Shown here one piece after another: positions 1 to 12,200 of a stretch of DNA of 64,000 nt. The number at the start of each line of letters is the position of its first letter. The first letter of the stretch is position 1. Source of the stretch: Fimbriosthenelais zetlandica (Eukaryota). The notes below the pieces were generated by a model. It made no database searches. It was given only the letters and a program-made list of their open reading frames with translations, and had not been told where the DNA came from. The stretch covers positions 15,004,001 to 15,068,000 of the forward strand of contig OZ365109.1 of the NCBI GenBank assembly GCA_977030845.1, given 5' to 3'. Position numbers and translations under genes: made by a program.

Positions 1-104
1 TTTATGATAAAAAAAATTCACAATGAATTCAAGATTTAAATGTCATAGGATGGTATAATGCAGCTGTGATAAAGAATGTGTACTTTCATCAGAAGTATAC
101 AATA

Positions 105-269
105 TACCGTATTTGCCGGTGTATAAACCACACCTGAGTATAAACCGCACCCCCTGGCCGCTCAGGTTTAAATCCATATATAAACCGCTACATTGTATCG
201 AAATCTACATAAAAATCGCTCCGTAGTTTTAACCGCATGCCGCGAAAAAATCCACCGGCAAATACGGTA
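105..269. mobile_element. Tc1/mariner superfamily (pogo/Tc2-like) MITE
   Basis: TIRs TACCGTATTTGCCGGT / ACCGGCAAATACGGTA with TA ends; internal TATAAACCGC repeats; second copy at 7557-7732. Confidence 0.75.
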
Positions 270-287
270 AGCGATTTTGAAAAATAC

Positions 288-3200
288 CTTGGAAGCCGTC
301 CCTGTCTATGTCTCCTAGATTGGCCAGTGATATTCCAAACTGAGCGTTCTCACAGTTGAAATCCACGCATTCTTTACTAGTCATATCACGACTGTAGATG
401 ATGGTGGGCTTGGTAGAGGAGCTTATGGACTACAAAGAAAACAGAAAGAATTGTCAAATACTTGGCAAACATCTTATATTAACATATTTAGATTTTGAAA
501 GGGATAAATGGGAGTTTTTAAATGAATCACAATATTTCCTTTCACGCAATTATATCTATCAGTTATTACTGGTTGGCGGGACTGGTATGCGATCGTATTG
601 ATCTGGTACTGTACTTTTTGGGTTCGCTTTAGTTCATGAAAACATACAAGAGATATTTTAGTCATTATGAAGCATTCTAAACATCAGTGGCAGGCATGGG
701 ATCATTGTATGTGTCAATCTCAGAAAGATTATGCTTCTGAGTCAGTGTTGAAATTTCTTGAGTTTCCCTGATTTTTCCAGTTTTCCCAAATTCCGAGTTA
801 TCCCGGTCTGGAAAACGTGAAACTCATTTTCCAGGTTTTCCCTGATTTCCAGAGTCACTGGGATCCCTGACATTTAATTTAGTAACTGGGCAATCCCCAG
901 AGTGGAGGTACGTTCGACTCCCATTCCTCCCTATAAGATAATCCATGGCCATTTGGGAAGCCGCTATGTGATATAACATAACTACTTACCTCTCTTCCTC
1001 CAGCATTCAAGTAGATAAAGATGGCGCCACCGGTTTTAGGTCCGTGGTAGAATGGAGCACCCACCACCAAATCGTCATCACTAAAAACAAAAAGGCAGAA
1101 GTTTAAAACCTCCGATAATTTTTTCCCATTGTTTTTCAGTTTGGGGATACATGTATATAATATACAGGTATGCTGTTCTAAGTGTAGACAAATCGATATA
1201 ACTAAGGTCAGGGTTTGCAGCAGTTCATGAAAACATAATTCGCTGAGTTTTCCCCGATTTTTTCCCTGAGTAAGCCCTTCAATTCCATGAAATTTTAGTC
1301 ATATGAAGCACTTCAGTGGCGGGCATGGGATTGAAGGCGTCAATCACCAAAATATTATTCTTCTGAGTCAGTGTTAAAATTCTCTGAGTTTTACTTTTTT
1401 TCCTCAAATTCCTGGAAAAGGTGAAACTCATTGGCCAGGTTTTCCCTGATTTCCAGAGTCACTGGGAACCCTGTCAAAGTTCGGTTAAATACAAAAAGAC
1501 GAAAATATTAGAGGAAGTAATGTTTTAATGTTCCTCACCCATCTCCATTGAAGTCGACCACCTCCACAGTGTAGCCAAAGCCAGATCCAAACTGGTCACC
1601 GACGAGCCTGCGCCGGTCTTCTGTCTCTAGGTGTCTGAATTAATTACATTAATTTAGGAATTGTGGTTACGGTACATATAAATTTATTTACAAAACCCAT
1701 ATGTACGAGACATGAATTTAGCATACATATTTTACTTTTAAAATGTTTAACTCAAACTGGGTCAATTGGTTTAAAAATAATATTTCATGAGAAACTTACT
1801 CTTCCGAGTCAGGATCGGGGTCTTGGAATAATATGACTTCCCCATTATCTTTTGATCTTGGTGCTCCGCCGACATATGTGGGTCCTCCAGGCAGAATCTT
1901 CCCTATTTTGGATGCCGTTCCTTAGAAAGAGAAGAGAGACATTTAGTATATTTTTAACCATGATTTTATCATGCATGATTATGACTTCCCGGTCTGGGAA
2001 ATATGACTTGTAATGACACTGTAAATATATTGGTTTATACCAATTCAACATCGGTAGGTGGCCAAAGAATAGTTGGATATATATGTACACGAAAAAAAAA
2101 AAATTATTATAATGCCTACATGCCATATCTGGGTAGGAACTATAAGGTTACAGACCTTAAATTTAACTTTGTAAGTTCAGGGAGACTATATAGTAGATAT
2201 AATAGCATAGTGGCCGGGCAGGGTTCGAAATAAGAGACAATTTCCCCATGGCCACAGGGTCATTTGATCTCCAAACCAAATGGCCTTTGTCAAAGTCAAA
2301 TGGCCCGAAAAAGTGTGGTATATGATGATTGATCATTATCCGAATTTTTAAATGGCCACCGGGCCATATCATATGGTTGGAGAATCAAATAGCCAATCTG
2401 AAAATCGTCTGGCCTCGGGCCACCGCTTATTTCCAACCCTTAGTGGGTATGTCTAATGTTACATACCTAGGTAAGAGTCAATCCTACAGGTGGGCTCTGG
2501 TATAGTTTTATCCTTGGCGTTGTCTTTGATTGGGTTAGACTTGAACGAGCTCTCGTCACCCAGATCTTTGACGAGCTTCTCCTTGAAGATTCCTCCCCTT
2601 CCTTTATAGGCACGGGGCGTGCCAATGATGATCTCACCATTCTGTAACAAACATCGATTAATGAAATCAAACTCGATACATATTTCCTAATTTACTTTGT
2701 TCACGAAAGTATCAATTCTTCATTAATTGAATAGATAACGTTGTAGCAAAAAGTGCTGAAGATACCCAATTTCTTAGTAATTTGCAATTTTTATTCGCAA
2801 ATTGCGACAGTACAGTCGGGTAGAGCGAGCCCAGATAAAATATATAAAAAAAATTATTCCAAACTATTTTTGGAGTTGATAATATAGGTCATAGATCCGA
2901 ACTAGAATGGAGTACCAACCTTGTGGACGGCAACACTTGTGCCTGACATGCACAAACCAAACTGGTTTTCCGTTTTCTCGGGGTGACCATAGCATGGCTC
3001 GAGGAAGTCTCCCATATCCAGCGGGTTCTCCAGCGCTATACACAGACCATGCCCGTACACGGCCGTCTTGGGAGCCACTGTCTTAAAACGATGGGCGCAT
3101 GCCTGTGTAAAGAAAGGATAGTGAGACACTACATTGTATTATAAATATTTAAATAATATTAAATGATGAACAGAGCTGTCAACAACACAAGTCTTTCCCA

Positions 3201-6200
3201 AACGTTTTGTGAATCACGATGGACGTAAGCCTGTGTAAAGTAAATCAGCTCGTTATTAAAGATCATGTATTTTTAATGTATAATTAACTTCTAGTAAAAT
3301 AATGTAATTTTCCTATACGTACCACAGCTTTTCCCCGGGTGATGGCTTGACTAGCTACACTCACGCCCAGCCATTGGTCCTTTAGATCATTTGTACGTGG
3401 GTCATACCCTGCATTTATAAAAGACAAATGAAAAGTATTGTTCTGTGATGTAGCATATCCGTCTGCTTCCATTTGCAAAATATATTTTCATTAGGAAAAC
3501 CTCTGGCAAAAACATGCTATTAATTTTATCCCATATAAACTTGAGATGTTTATTTATTGTGTGCATATTTTGGCGCATTCACTATTATAATAGAGAATAT
3601 ATTCTCTTGATAGAATTATCCCATGTTTTCTTGAAATACCTTCTATATTCTATATTTTCAACTAAATGAATTTCAGGATAAATATTCAAGAATTTTTTTT
3701 GTTTATAAAACCATACATGATACTAATGTTTCCCCCATTAACACAGTAATGTAGAAAGCTTTATAGAGCGTTTTAAGCTAAAACCCACCATGTCCCACCA
3801 GGTCTAGAGCTTCACAATCATCTTGGAATGAGGTAACAGGACAGGACCACACCTGTCCTGGTCGGGGAATATCTCGAATTTCTTGAGTAACACTTCGTAA
3901 TGTAACATTATCACGTGGAGCTCCGACAATAACTCTGTAAAGAAAAAAGAAACAACAATGAGCTATCATCAAACCATTGTTCTCATAATCCAACCGCTGC
4001 AAACGATCATCTCTTTTTCATGCTCCCAGGTTAAATTATTGGAAAAGGGCCAATGTAACTGGGTCGATCTGGTCTAAACCGATTTTCTCCGAGCTGAACA
4101 AAAGGACATAAAAAAAATGACCTTCAGTACATGATTACGGGGCCTGGGGTATGAGGTGTAATGAGGTACAGGTAGGCCTACTGTTACAGGTCTAAAGTTT
4201 CATCCTCCATCTCGAAACGATTGTGTTAGAAAGTAAAAAGTTAATGAGAGAGGGGAGGGGAAGGGAAGAGGGAAGCGAGAAGGGAGGAACGGGTTAGGGA
4301 AGAGAGGGGAAAGGGACAGGAGGGGGCGGGATGAGGTCTGGGGGAGAGAGGGGAAAGAGACAGGAGGGTGATCCAGGGGAGAGCTAAGAGAGAGGGGATA
4401 GGGATTGCAGGATGGTCTGGAGGAGAGCTAAGAGAGGGGAAAGGGACTAGAGTTGGGGGGATGGGAATCTAGGAGAGGGGAAAGGGACTGGAGGGGATCC
4501 AGGAGACAAAGGAAATGTACTAGAGGGGAGGGGGACAGGGGTGAGGAGTCAGATGAGAGAGAACTGTGAAGAGGAGAGGGACGAGAGGAAGTGAGTAAAA
4601 GTACATACAATTACATGTAGATCTATTTATTGGGATTAAATCGGATTTATTTTCTTTAGAATATACCAGTAATATTAACACCCTCCACATAACCCTCCCC
4701 ACAAACCCCAGCCTGTTGGTAACTGGTGTGAAGGACCTGCAGTTTGACATGTAAGATAAAGGCTGGTCTATGAGATTAAGAGCACTTAACAGCTCCTCTA
4801 GCCCCAGCCGGATCAGACCTGCTGCTGCCTTCAACTCATGTGGACAAAGCACTTTCTGTTGGCCGTCACCATGGCAACTCCAGCCACTCTGGACACTGTA
4901 ATTGGGCCAGTCATTTAGGGAAACTCCCCCGTTTTCCCCGTCTTGAATTCTGCCGAATCCATTTTGATTGGAAACCCGACTCCCCCAGAAGAAAATTACC
5001 CCTCCACGACCAGATCTTAATTTAAACATCACCATTTTTATATTGGGCTATAATCAATTTTGATTGAAATTCCCAAAGACAATTTATGATCCCCACATTG
5101 CACAACCGAACCAACGACTGGTTTCCCCACATACAGAAGAAATAGAATATAGTATTATAAATATTGTTATAAATTTATATTTATAATACATCATAAAATC
5201 CAAGCTAAATATTTTAAATACGGAGTTAACTTGTTTAGAAAAAGGGAAAAAAATATTTAAACAGAAATTAATGCAAACATGTTGGCATGTCGGAAAGAGT
5301 AATAGTATTTATATCACTGTAAAAGCTGTTTAATTTGTGATACCAGATAAGAACATCGATCAGCTATCCAAACAACTATGATAAAAAATGTCCCTGGTCT
5401 TGATCATAGCAGGCGTATAATCCCGCAGCCTGGGGGCCATGTTGGATTAGACTAATCGAGCGTCAATGGCAGAATAAGCCAAGTGTGCTAATCCAAACTG
5501 AGAGCGAGAGAGAACATTCAACCACAAGTACCAGTAGAATGATTTCATCACCAATACATATCATACTCATGTGTAAAAGACACACACACAAGATGTGTAA
5601 TAGCTTGGAGGGTGTATTTTGGCACCGGGGAATCAGGCAGGCTATTATGGGTCTCTGAAGTGTGTGTGTAACAGCACAGGAGGGGCCTTTGATCGCAAAC
5701 AAGCCCAATAAATAGCTTCTATGTATACAAACGAGCTGAAGGTCTAACGGCTGGGGGAGGGCGGTGCTGGGATTAAGTGAATGGGTTATATAGCCATCGC
5801 TTGCAGGCAGGGACACCCAACCCTTTTTTCTTTCTCTCCCAAAGCTCTTTTATGGGAGCTATAGTGATGGGAGTGATAGAGTAAGGCCTGACATGCACTA
5901 TAATCAATAGAGAGCAATAGGCAGAAAAACAGTCAGACGTCTAACCATGCACACACCACTCCAGCTAGCTACCAGAGCTCCAGATCATTTATTTTTTCCA
6001 TCGACTCCTGATTCCAGCTGTAACAGTGTGGCTGGCTTGAGATTTATACCCCATGTCTCAATACTTCCAAGTGCAATCACATAGAGTTCAAGCCCTCACA
6101 TGGGGATTTTCACTGTTAAATATCACTGGATGGTGTGGAGGTTTGGTGAATTTTCTTCATGACAGGAGCTGTGGATTAGTATAAAGAATAGAGCTAAAAT

Positions 6201-9200
6201 AATTGGCATTGTCAGTTTAAACAGCCTAATATTGTCCATCGTTATCGCTATTGTATTTTAAGGGAATAACATCATGATGATCAGATGTTTCAAGGTATTA
6301 GTTTTCTCTGTGGAATAAAGAAAATATAGGCTAGGAATGAGAAAAGAAAATGGCCAAAGTCTGTGATTTCAGGGATGGGTCTATTTATGGCAGTTTGTAT
6401 AGCTAGCTTCACCCCCATTGCGTGACTAAGATGTAGATGGGAAAATAGCTTTACTCAGTACCAAAAACAGTTTGAGAATGGTGCAGCGCAGACACATAAG
6501 AAAGTAAGACTTCGACAGCAAGTTTCCGTGAAGTTATTTGTCAGCGAACATTCTGACTAGAAATAAAGTGGGATGTCTCTTGATTAATTTGCTATTTTGT
6601 TAGTTCTATGTTTTCTATTCTTGTACAAATAAATGGCAGTTTTAATACTGAAATTCGTGGGGAGAAGAATGAGAATGTTTTTGTAAACATAGTAAGATTG
6701 CACATTAAGCTTGTTTGGCTTCTCTTGTTACCAAGGTGACCAGGACGCTGGACAGGCATGCGTCATCGTGCTAAACGACCCTGATTGGATGACCCCCGGG
6801 CCAAATCCATTCAGAGATTATTTCTGGGAGGACAAGGTACATCTGATGGGTCAATACTGGACGTGTGAAAACGTGTATCTACATGATTAATGGTCACAAC
6901 CATGCAATACTATAAGTAATATCCACTGATTGAAACTGATCTTTCACTATGCTACAACCAAAGGCAAAGAAAATCAGTACCAATTCAGTCAGAGCTTTTT
7001 TCTTACAAGTTTAAATAGACAGATGACAACTTTCTCCTCATATCCCAAGTATTTTCCTCATATATCCCAAATATTTTAAATCCTATATATCACAAAGAGG
7101 TTTAGATTCTCACTGATATCAAATATATTGGAGAATTCTCCAGTATCTTTGCTCACATCTTTTGAGGGGGAAATATCTTCTATTCATTCACATATTTTTC
7201 TTTTTAAAATATTCGGATCCAATATTCTTAAAACGTGGCTATAATATTTTTAATCCAACATTAGTCTCTCCAAGAGATCTGGATTGTCACTTAGAATTCA
7301 GAGGTAAAACTAGAGCAGCCAATAAGTCTAATAGTGAGCCCCTATCTCAATTCACAGCTGAATGTGTGGAGATCCCCTATCTCAATTGACTCAAGTGCTC
7401 TTGTCTTCACCCAAATATACTTCAACATTTCGATCTGGGATTAAGATAAAGTCTGACCAGGGCAGTGAGTGCTAAACCCTTAAGTTAATTAAAGCCCGAG
7501 GTCTGATATCTTGTATCAGTCACCCAGCCCCGTGTATAGATAGATAATTAGATAATTACCGTATTTGCCGGTGTATAAGCCGCGACTTTTTAAAAATTTG
7601 CCTGCGGTTAATACAACGAAGCGATTTTATATGGCTATCTATACAAAGCAGCGGTTTATGGATTTTAACCTGAGCGGCCAGGGGGTGCGGTTTATAGTCT
7701 GGTGCGGTTTATAATCCGGCATATATACGGTAATCTAATTGACCCCCTATCCATTTGCCCTGCACCATGGGTGAGAGGGTGAAGATAAGATGGTGACGTA
7801 AGGAGACAGGACCATCTGGTGGGGGCATAACTCACTGAGGTAACATGCTGCTGGGGGTGAGGGTGGGGGTGGGGGTGAGTGGGAGGGGGTACAGGGGCAA
7901 CCCCATCACGGCCGTCTGAGAGTGGGTGGGGGTCAAGGGCAGGTCACGCCATGACCCCGAGTTTGACCTTTGTCGCAGGGTCGTCCCTTCTCTCTCAGCA
8001 CGGTGGGTATATTTGAGATGTGGGTCACATAGGAGACATGCATGTCTCCACAAAGTGTCGTCTTACTGTACAAGGTGTAGTGTCTCTGATAGACGCATTA
8101 CAGGTGGGAGGATCGAGGCCTCCATATTCTTTCTCATGTTTGGCTTTTAACTTAATGCAGGCCCTAAAATAATAGATAAGGGTGGTGGAGTTTTAATGTC
8201 CTTTTAATGTACATTCTGAGCTTCTTCAGCCCAGGACTGTAAAATGTAAATTCTGAAAGTAGGTTCATTTTTGCCTGATGTTGCATTTTAGTACATAATA
8301 TTGATCATTGTTCCTTCTTTTTATTTATTCAACTTTTTTGAGAGACTGAACAGCATCCATAGGTGTATATGACACTGTTTGCATCTCCAAATACAGTAAC
8401 ATTTAGTCATCTATCCCCCGTTGTCTCTGTATTTAGCTACATTTTCCTACGAGAGTGATAGCTAATCAAGTTACCCAGACCGCTGTACCAAACAAGGACA
8501 AGTTATGGGACGAGAATTAGGCGGAAAGTAGCGATATTTATTCTCTTTTTGTTGGACATGTTACCTCAGCAGAACAATTTATTTTCTAGTCTAACTGATC
8601 ACAGTTGACCCGGCCAGGTCTGATGTAGACCCCTTTAGTGGCGGGTGGCAAATAAAACTGCCATAAATTAAGCTGGGTCAGGGATGCCCTGGCATGATCA
8701 GAATGGCCGTGTGTGGGGGCCGCCAGTGTCAGCCCCACAAACTAGCTATTCAATTACACCAGATCACTTTCCATAGACATAGGCATACACCTAATTACAG
8801 TTTTAACCCTGAGATAAGCTAATTCCAAGGGATCAATATGAACTGTATTATCTGCAATCCTTCATATTTTTTTATAACAATGCCAGATTTTGGGAGTAAA
8901 CTAAAACCTTTTTAATATACATGTACATATTTTGCCTTGGAGAATTTAATGTCCTTGGCCGCAGTCATGGTTTCCGAATTCTCATAATTTCATTGAGTTC
9001 GGTTGAAATTTTATTAAATTTCCTTCCACATTCATTACCCATTCCCATTCCATTTCACTGCATACACGCCTTTCAGACAGAAAATAACTGGAATCAATAA
9101 TGGGATTATTCCATGGAAGATGTGTGCCAAGTTAATGGTACCATAAACGTGTTTAAAGGGCCAGACATAAAGGGACATAGAATGGCTATTGTAGGGGGCA

Positions 9201-12200
9201 TAAAACAGCCATTCTATTAGAAAGCCTCCCTAGGCTTTCTATACAGATACTTCATTTCAGTCGATCAATTTTTGGGTCGGATGGAACATATCTGTGTTCT
9301 GTCTCTATCTGAACCCATACATTATTAGACCGAGCAATTAGATTTCAATAGAATCTATTTTTCAAAGCTGAGGACTGAGTGCATTTTAGATATATATGCT
9401 TGGACCAGCATCAGTTTCCATTCTAGATGATAAAAGTGCATGTTCTCCCGTATAGATCTATCTAAACTAGAGTGTTTCAATGAATGGGAGTAGGAAATAC
9501 CGCAGACATGTTGTATATGATGAGGGCTAGTCTTTTATGGACCCTTCCAATGTGCTTTTCATGAAACCAAACCACAGGTTGTTGTGTGGGCCAAGCTGCC
9601 ATCACATGGCAGAATGATTACATGCTAACTGGGTAATCATGTATCATTATAGCATTACTCATAACAGTTGGTTACTACTGGCCTTACTCTGACACCCATT
9701 ACAAGAGTGTACAAACACACACTGTGTATATCGTGACCTGCAGAAATAGATATAGACATAGACTACTGATAGCTGCAGCTACAGCATGCCACCACATCAT
9801 CATGCCCATGGGGTTCTTAAATCACTAAAACATACACACACCCCGGCCAAATGATGCACTCTCCACACTCTGATTTCACTTCAATGGACGAGGGGATTGG
9901 CCACTAACAAGATCATTGGTGGGATATATAACTTTCACTTGATAAGGCTAGCTATAGGGACTGTGGTCAATTAACTAATTACAATGGCTTCCATCCACCA
10001 CGCTGCTGACTGGTATAGATCCTGTTGCTATGTAAATGAACAACCCGCACCCTGACTCAGACCAATTTTACCATAATAACACACCATTGAGGTTGGGATA
10101 AGGGTATTGCTCAGCACCCTATACAAGAGGGTTGGATGCATCAAATCAAGTTAGTGGGCGGGCTAATTCAATGAAGCATGGAATGTAGACTCAATCCTTG
10201 GGGAAAATCATTCATAGCCAGTTTATCAGCTGCTTCCGTATGCATGGGACCACTACTGGCTGGTGATGGCAAATGAGGCAGCAGCAAGCAAGCACAGATA
10301 ACGTCAGTATTGAAACCCCCTTGGGAAAAGATTCAAGTGTATTTGTACTATTGCAGGGTTCACAGTTGTATAAGCTTGCCAGACAAAGGCCTGGGTTTGT
10401 CACAGGGAATGGGTTCCTTTTATTATAGCGGTGGATGGAGGCTGAATGAATATGGGTGGTTCGGTTAGTCGGTCATCGATCGCTCCTTCTCGTTGACTTC
10501 CATTTCACTCAATCGTTTTGGGGGCCCGGGGGTGGGGTGGGGGTGGGGGGTTTGGGTAGTCACTACCAGCATCTTCCCAAGCAGAACCAACATGGGATGA
10601 AATGAGGAAAGGGGGTGGGGATGTTTTCTTCCTATTTGTTTCCAGCCAGACGCTGTGGGTGCTGTAGGCATCCTGACTGGCACATCTTGTCACGAATCCT
10701 TAAGAAGCCCAACCCCCTTCCTCACCCTCACCCCTTCTCCCCTTCCTCGTTCCTCCTCCACCCCTGAAGAAAGTGGGTTAAGTTGGAGAGGTAAAATATC
10801 TACCAAGGAATTCTTATCTGTCAGTCAGTCACTAGCATGTGTTAAAATAGGCAGGCGATCCAAACCTCCAGAAAGCCCTGACTTCCTTGAGTTGGGGATT
10901 GTGAGAAGAGTAGTGGGGTTCTGAGAGGCCAACAAATGGTTGGGACCAGGGAAGTGTTAAAATCGATGAACTAGATTGGGTACTGGGGTGGTGGACTCTC
11001 CTAGTATTGGATATCCATGAATAACTGTACCATGTCAGTTGTGAAAAGATGAGGGCATATGAGGACGAAGTGAGTGATAGCCAGAGGGGGAACTGGCCTT
11101 AATTCATAGCACAGAAGATAGACATACAGTCACAGTGAGCTCTACACCCCACCCCAAACTCACAGGAAACTCAAAAAATCTCAAATTTATAAAGAAAACT
11201 CCACATGCTTTGCAGCAATGCCTCATGAATTCTATCACAAAATAATAAATTCCTGTCTGACATTGCTGGATATAAATCTGTTTATAATCATCAGGATCTG
11301 AGAAAGTGTCAAAGTAGGGTATCAACATTGTATGGGATTTATGCAGCTGGGGGTTAGAGAGCTGTAATACCTGGCCTCTAATATCACTGGAATCAATTAG
11401 GCTGGCCATGAGAGGAGGCTCTACTCATCAGGTTAGCCGGCTACAGCCATGTTGGTCTTGGCCATAATGTGCTACATATGGGAAGCCAGCTCTCTTCACA
11501 TGTTCATAACTAGAGAAGGATCCGAGAGGGGAGGGGAGGGGGGACTGCCAGGGTGGAAGGGGAAGACTTAGAAATGAAAGCTCAAAGGGAACGGGAGAAG
11601 GGAGAGAGGGAGGGAGATAGATTTAGAAATGGAGACTCAAAGAGAAGGGAGAGAGAGAGGGAGACTCAGAGAAAGAGAGGGAGAGAGAGACTCAGAGAAA
11701 GAGAGGGAGAGAGAGAAACGAGTGAGAGAGGAGAGAGTGAGGAGAGAGAGGAGGGAGAGAGAGGAGGAACGAAACAGTGAGAGAGGGTAAGAACAAGAGA
11801 GAGAAGAGAGAGATCCAAATCTAACGGCTCAAACTTTGCCAAACCAGATGGCCAGTAAACACGTGCACCTCTCACGCCTAACTACACACAAGTCTCCCAG
11901 GTCAGAACAGATGATCACAACTGTGTATTAGCAGCATGAAAGAGATCCCAGATATGGGCCACGCGCTGGAATTTGGAGCCCCTATATAATTCCATTTTAA
12001 ATGTGAAATACATGTAAACTTACAAGTCTATACAAGACAAATGGATATAGGATATTCGGAAGCAATGATCTAATCCAGATCTAAATGGATGGCTTGAAAA
12101 ACAACAAAAAATGCTAAGAGAGAATAAAACATGTGTGGAAATGTTACCCTATTGAATAAGAATATGTCACGGCCCCAATCGAAATCCGGCCCAGTTTTGA

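Noticed and set aside
4428-5035. ORFs of 60-171 aa over the purine-rich tract
   Set aside because: Low-complexity translations of a G/A repeat; no domain or splice support.
11553-11875. E/R-rich and L/S-rich ORFs
   Set aside because: Translations of the (GA)n microsatellite.
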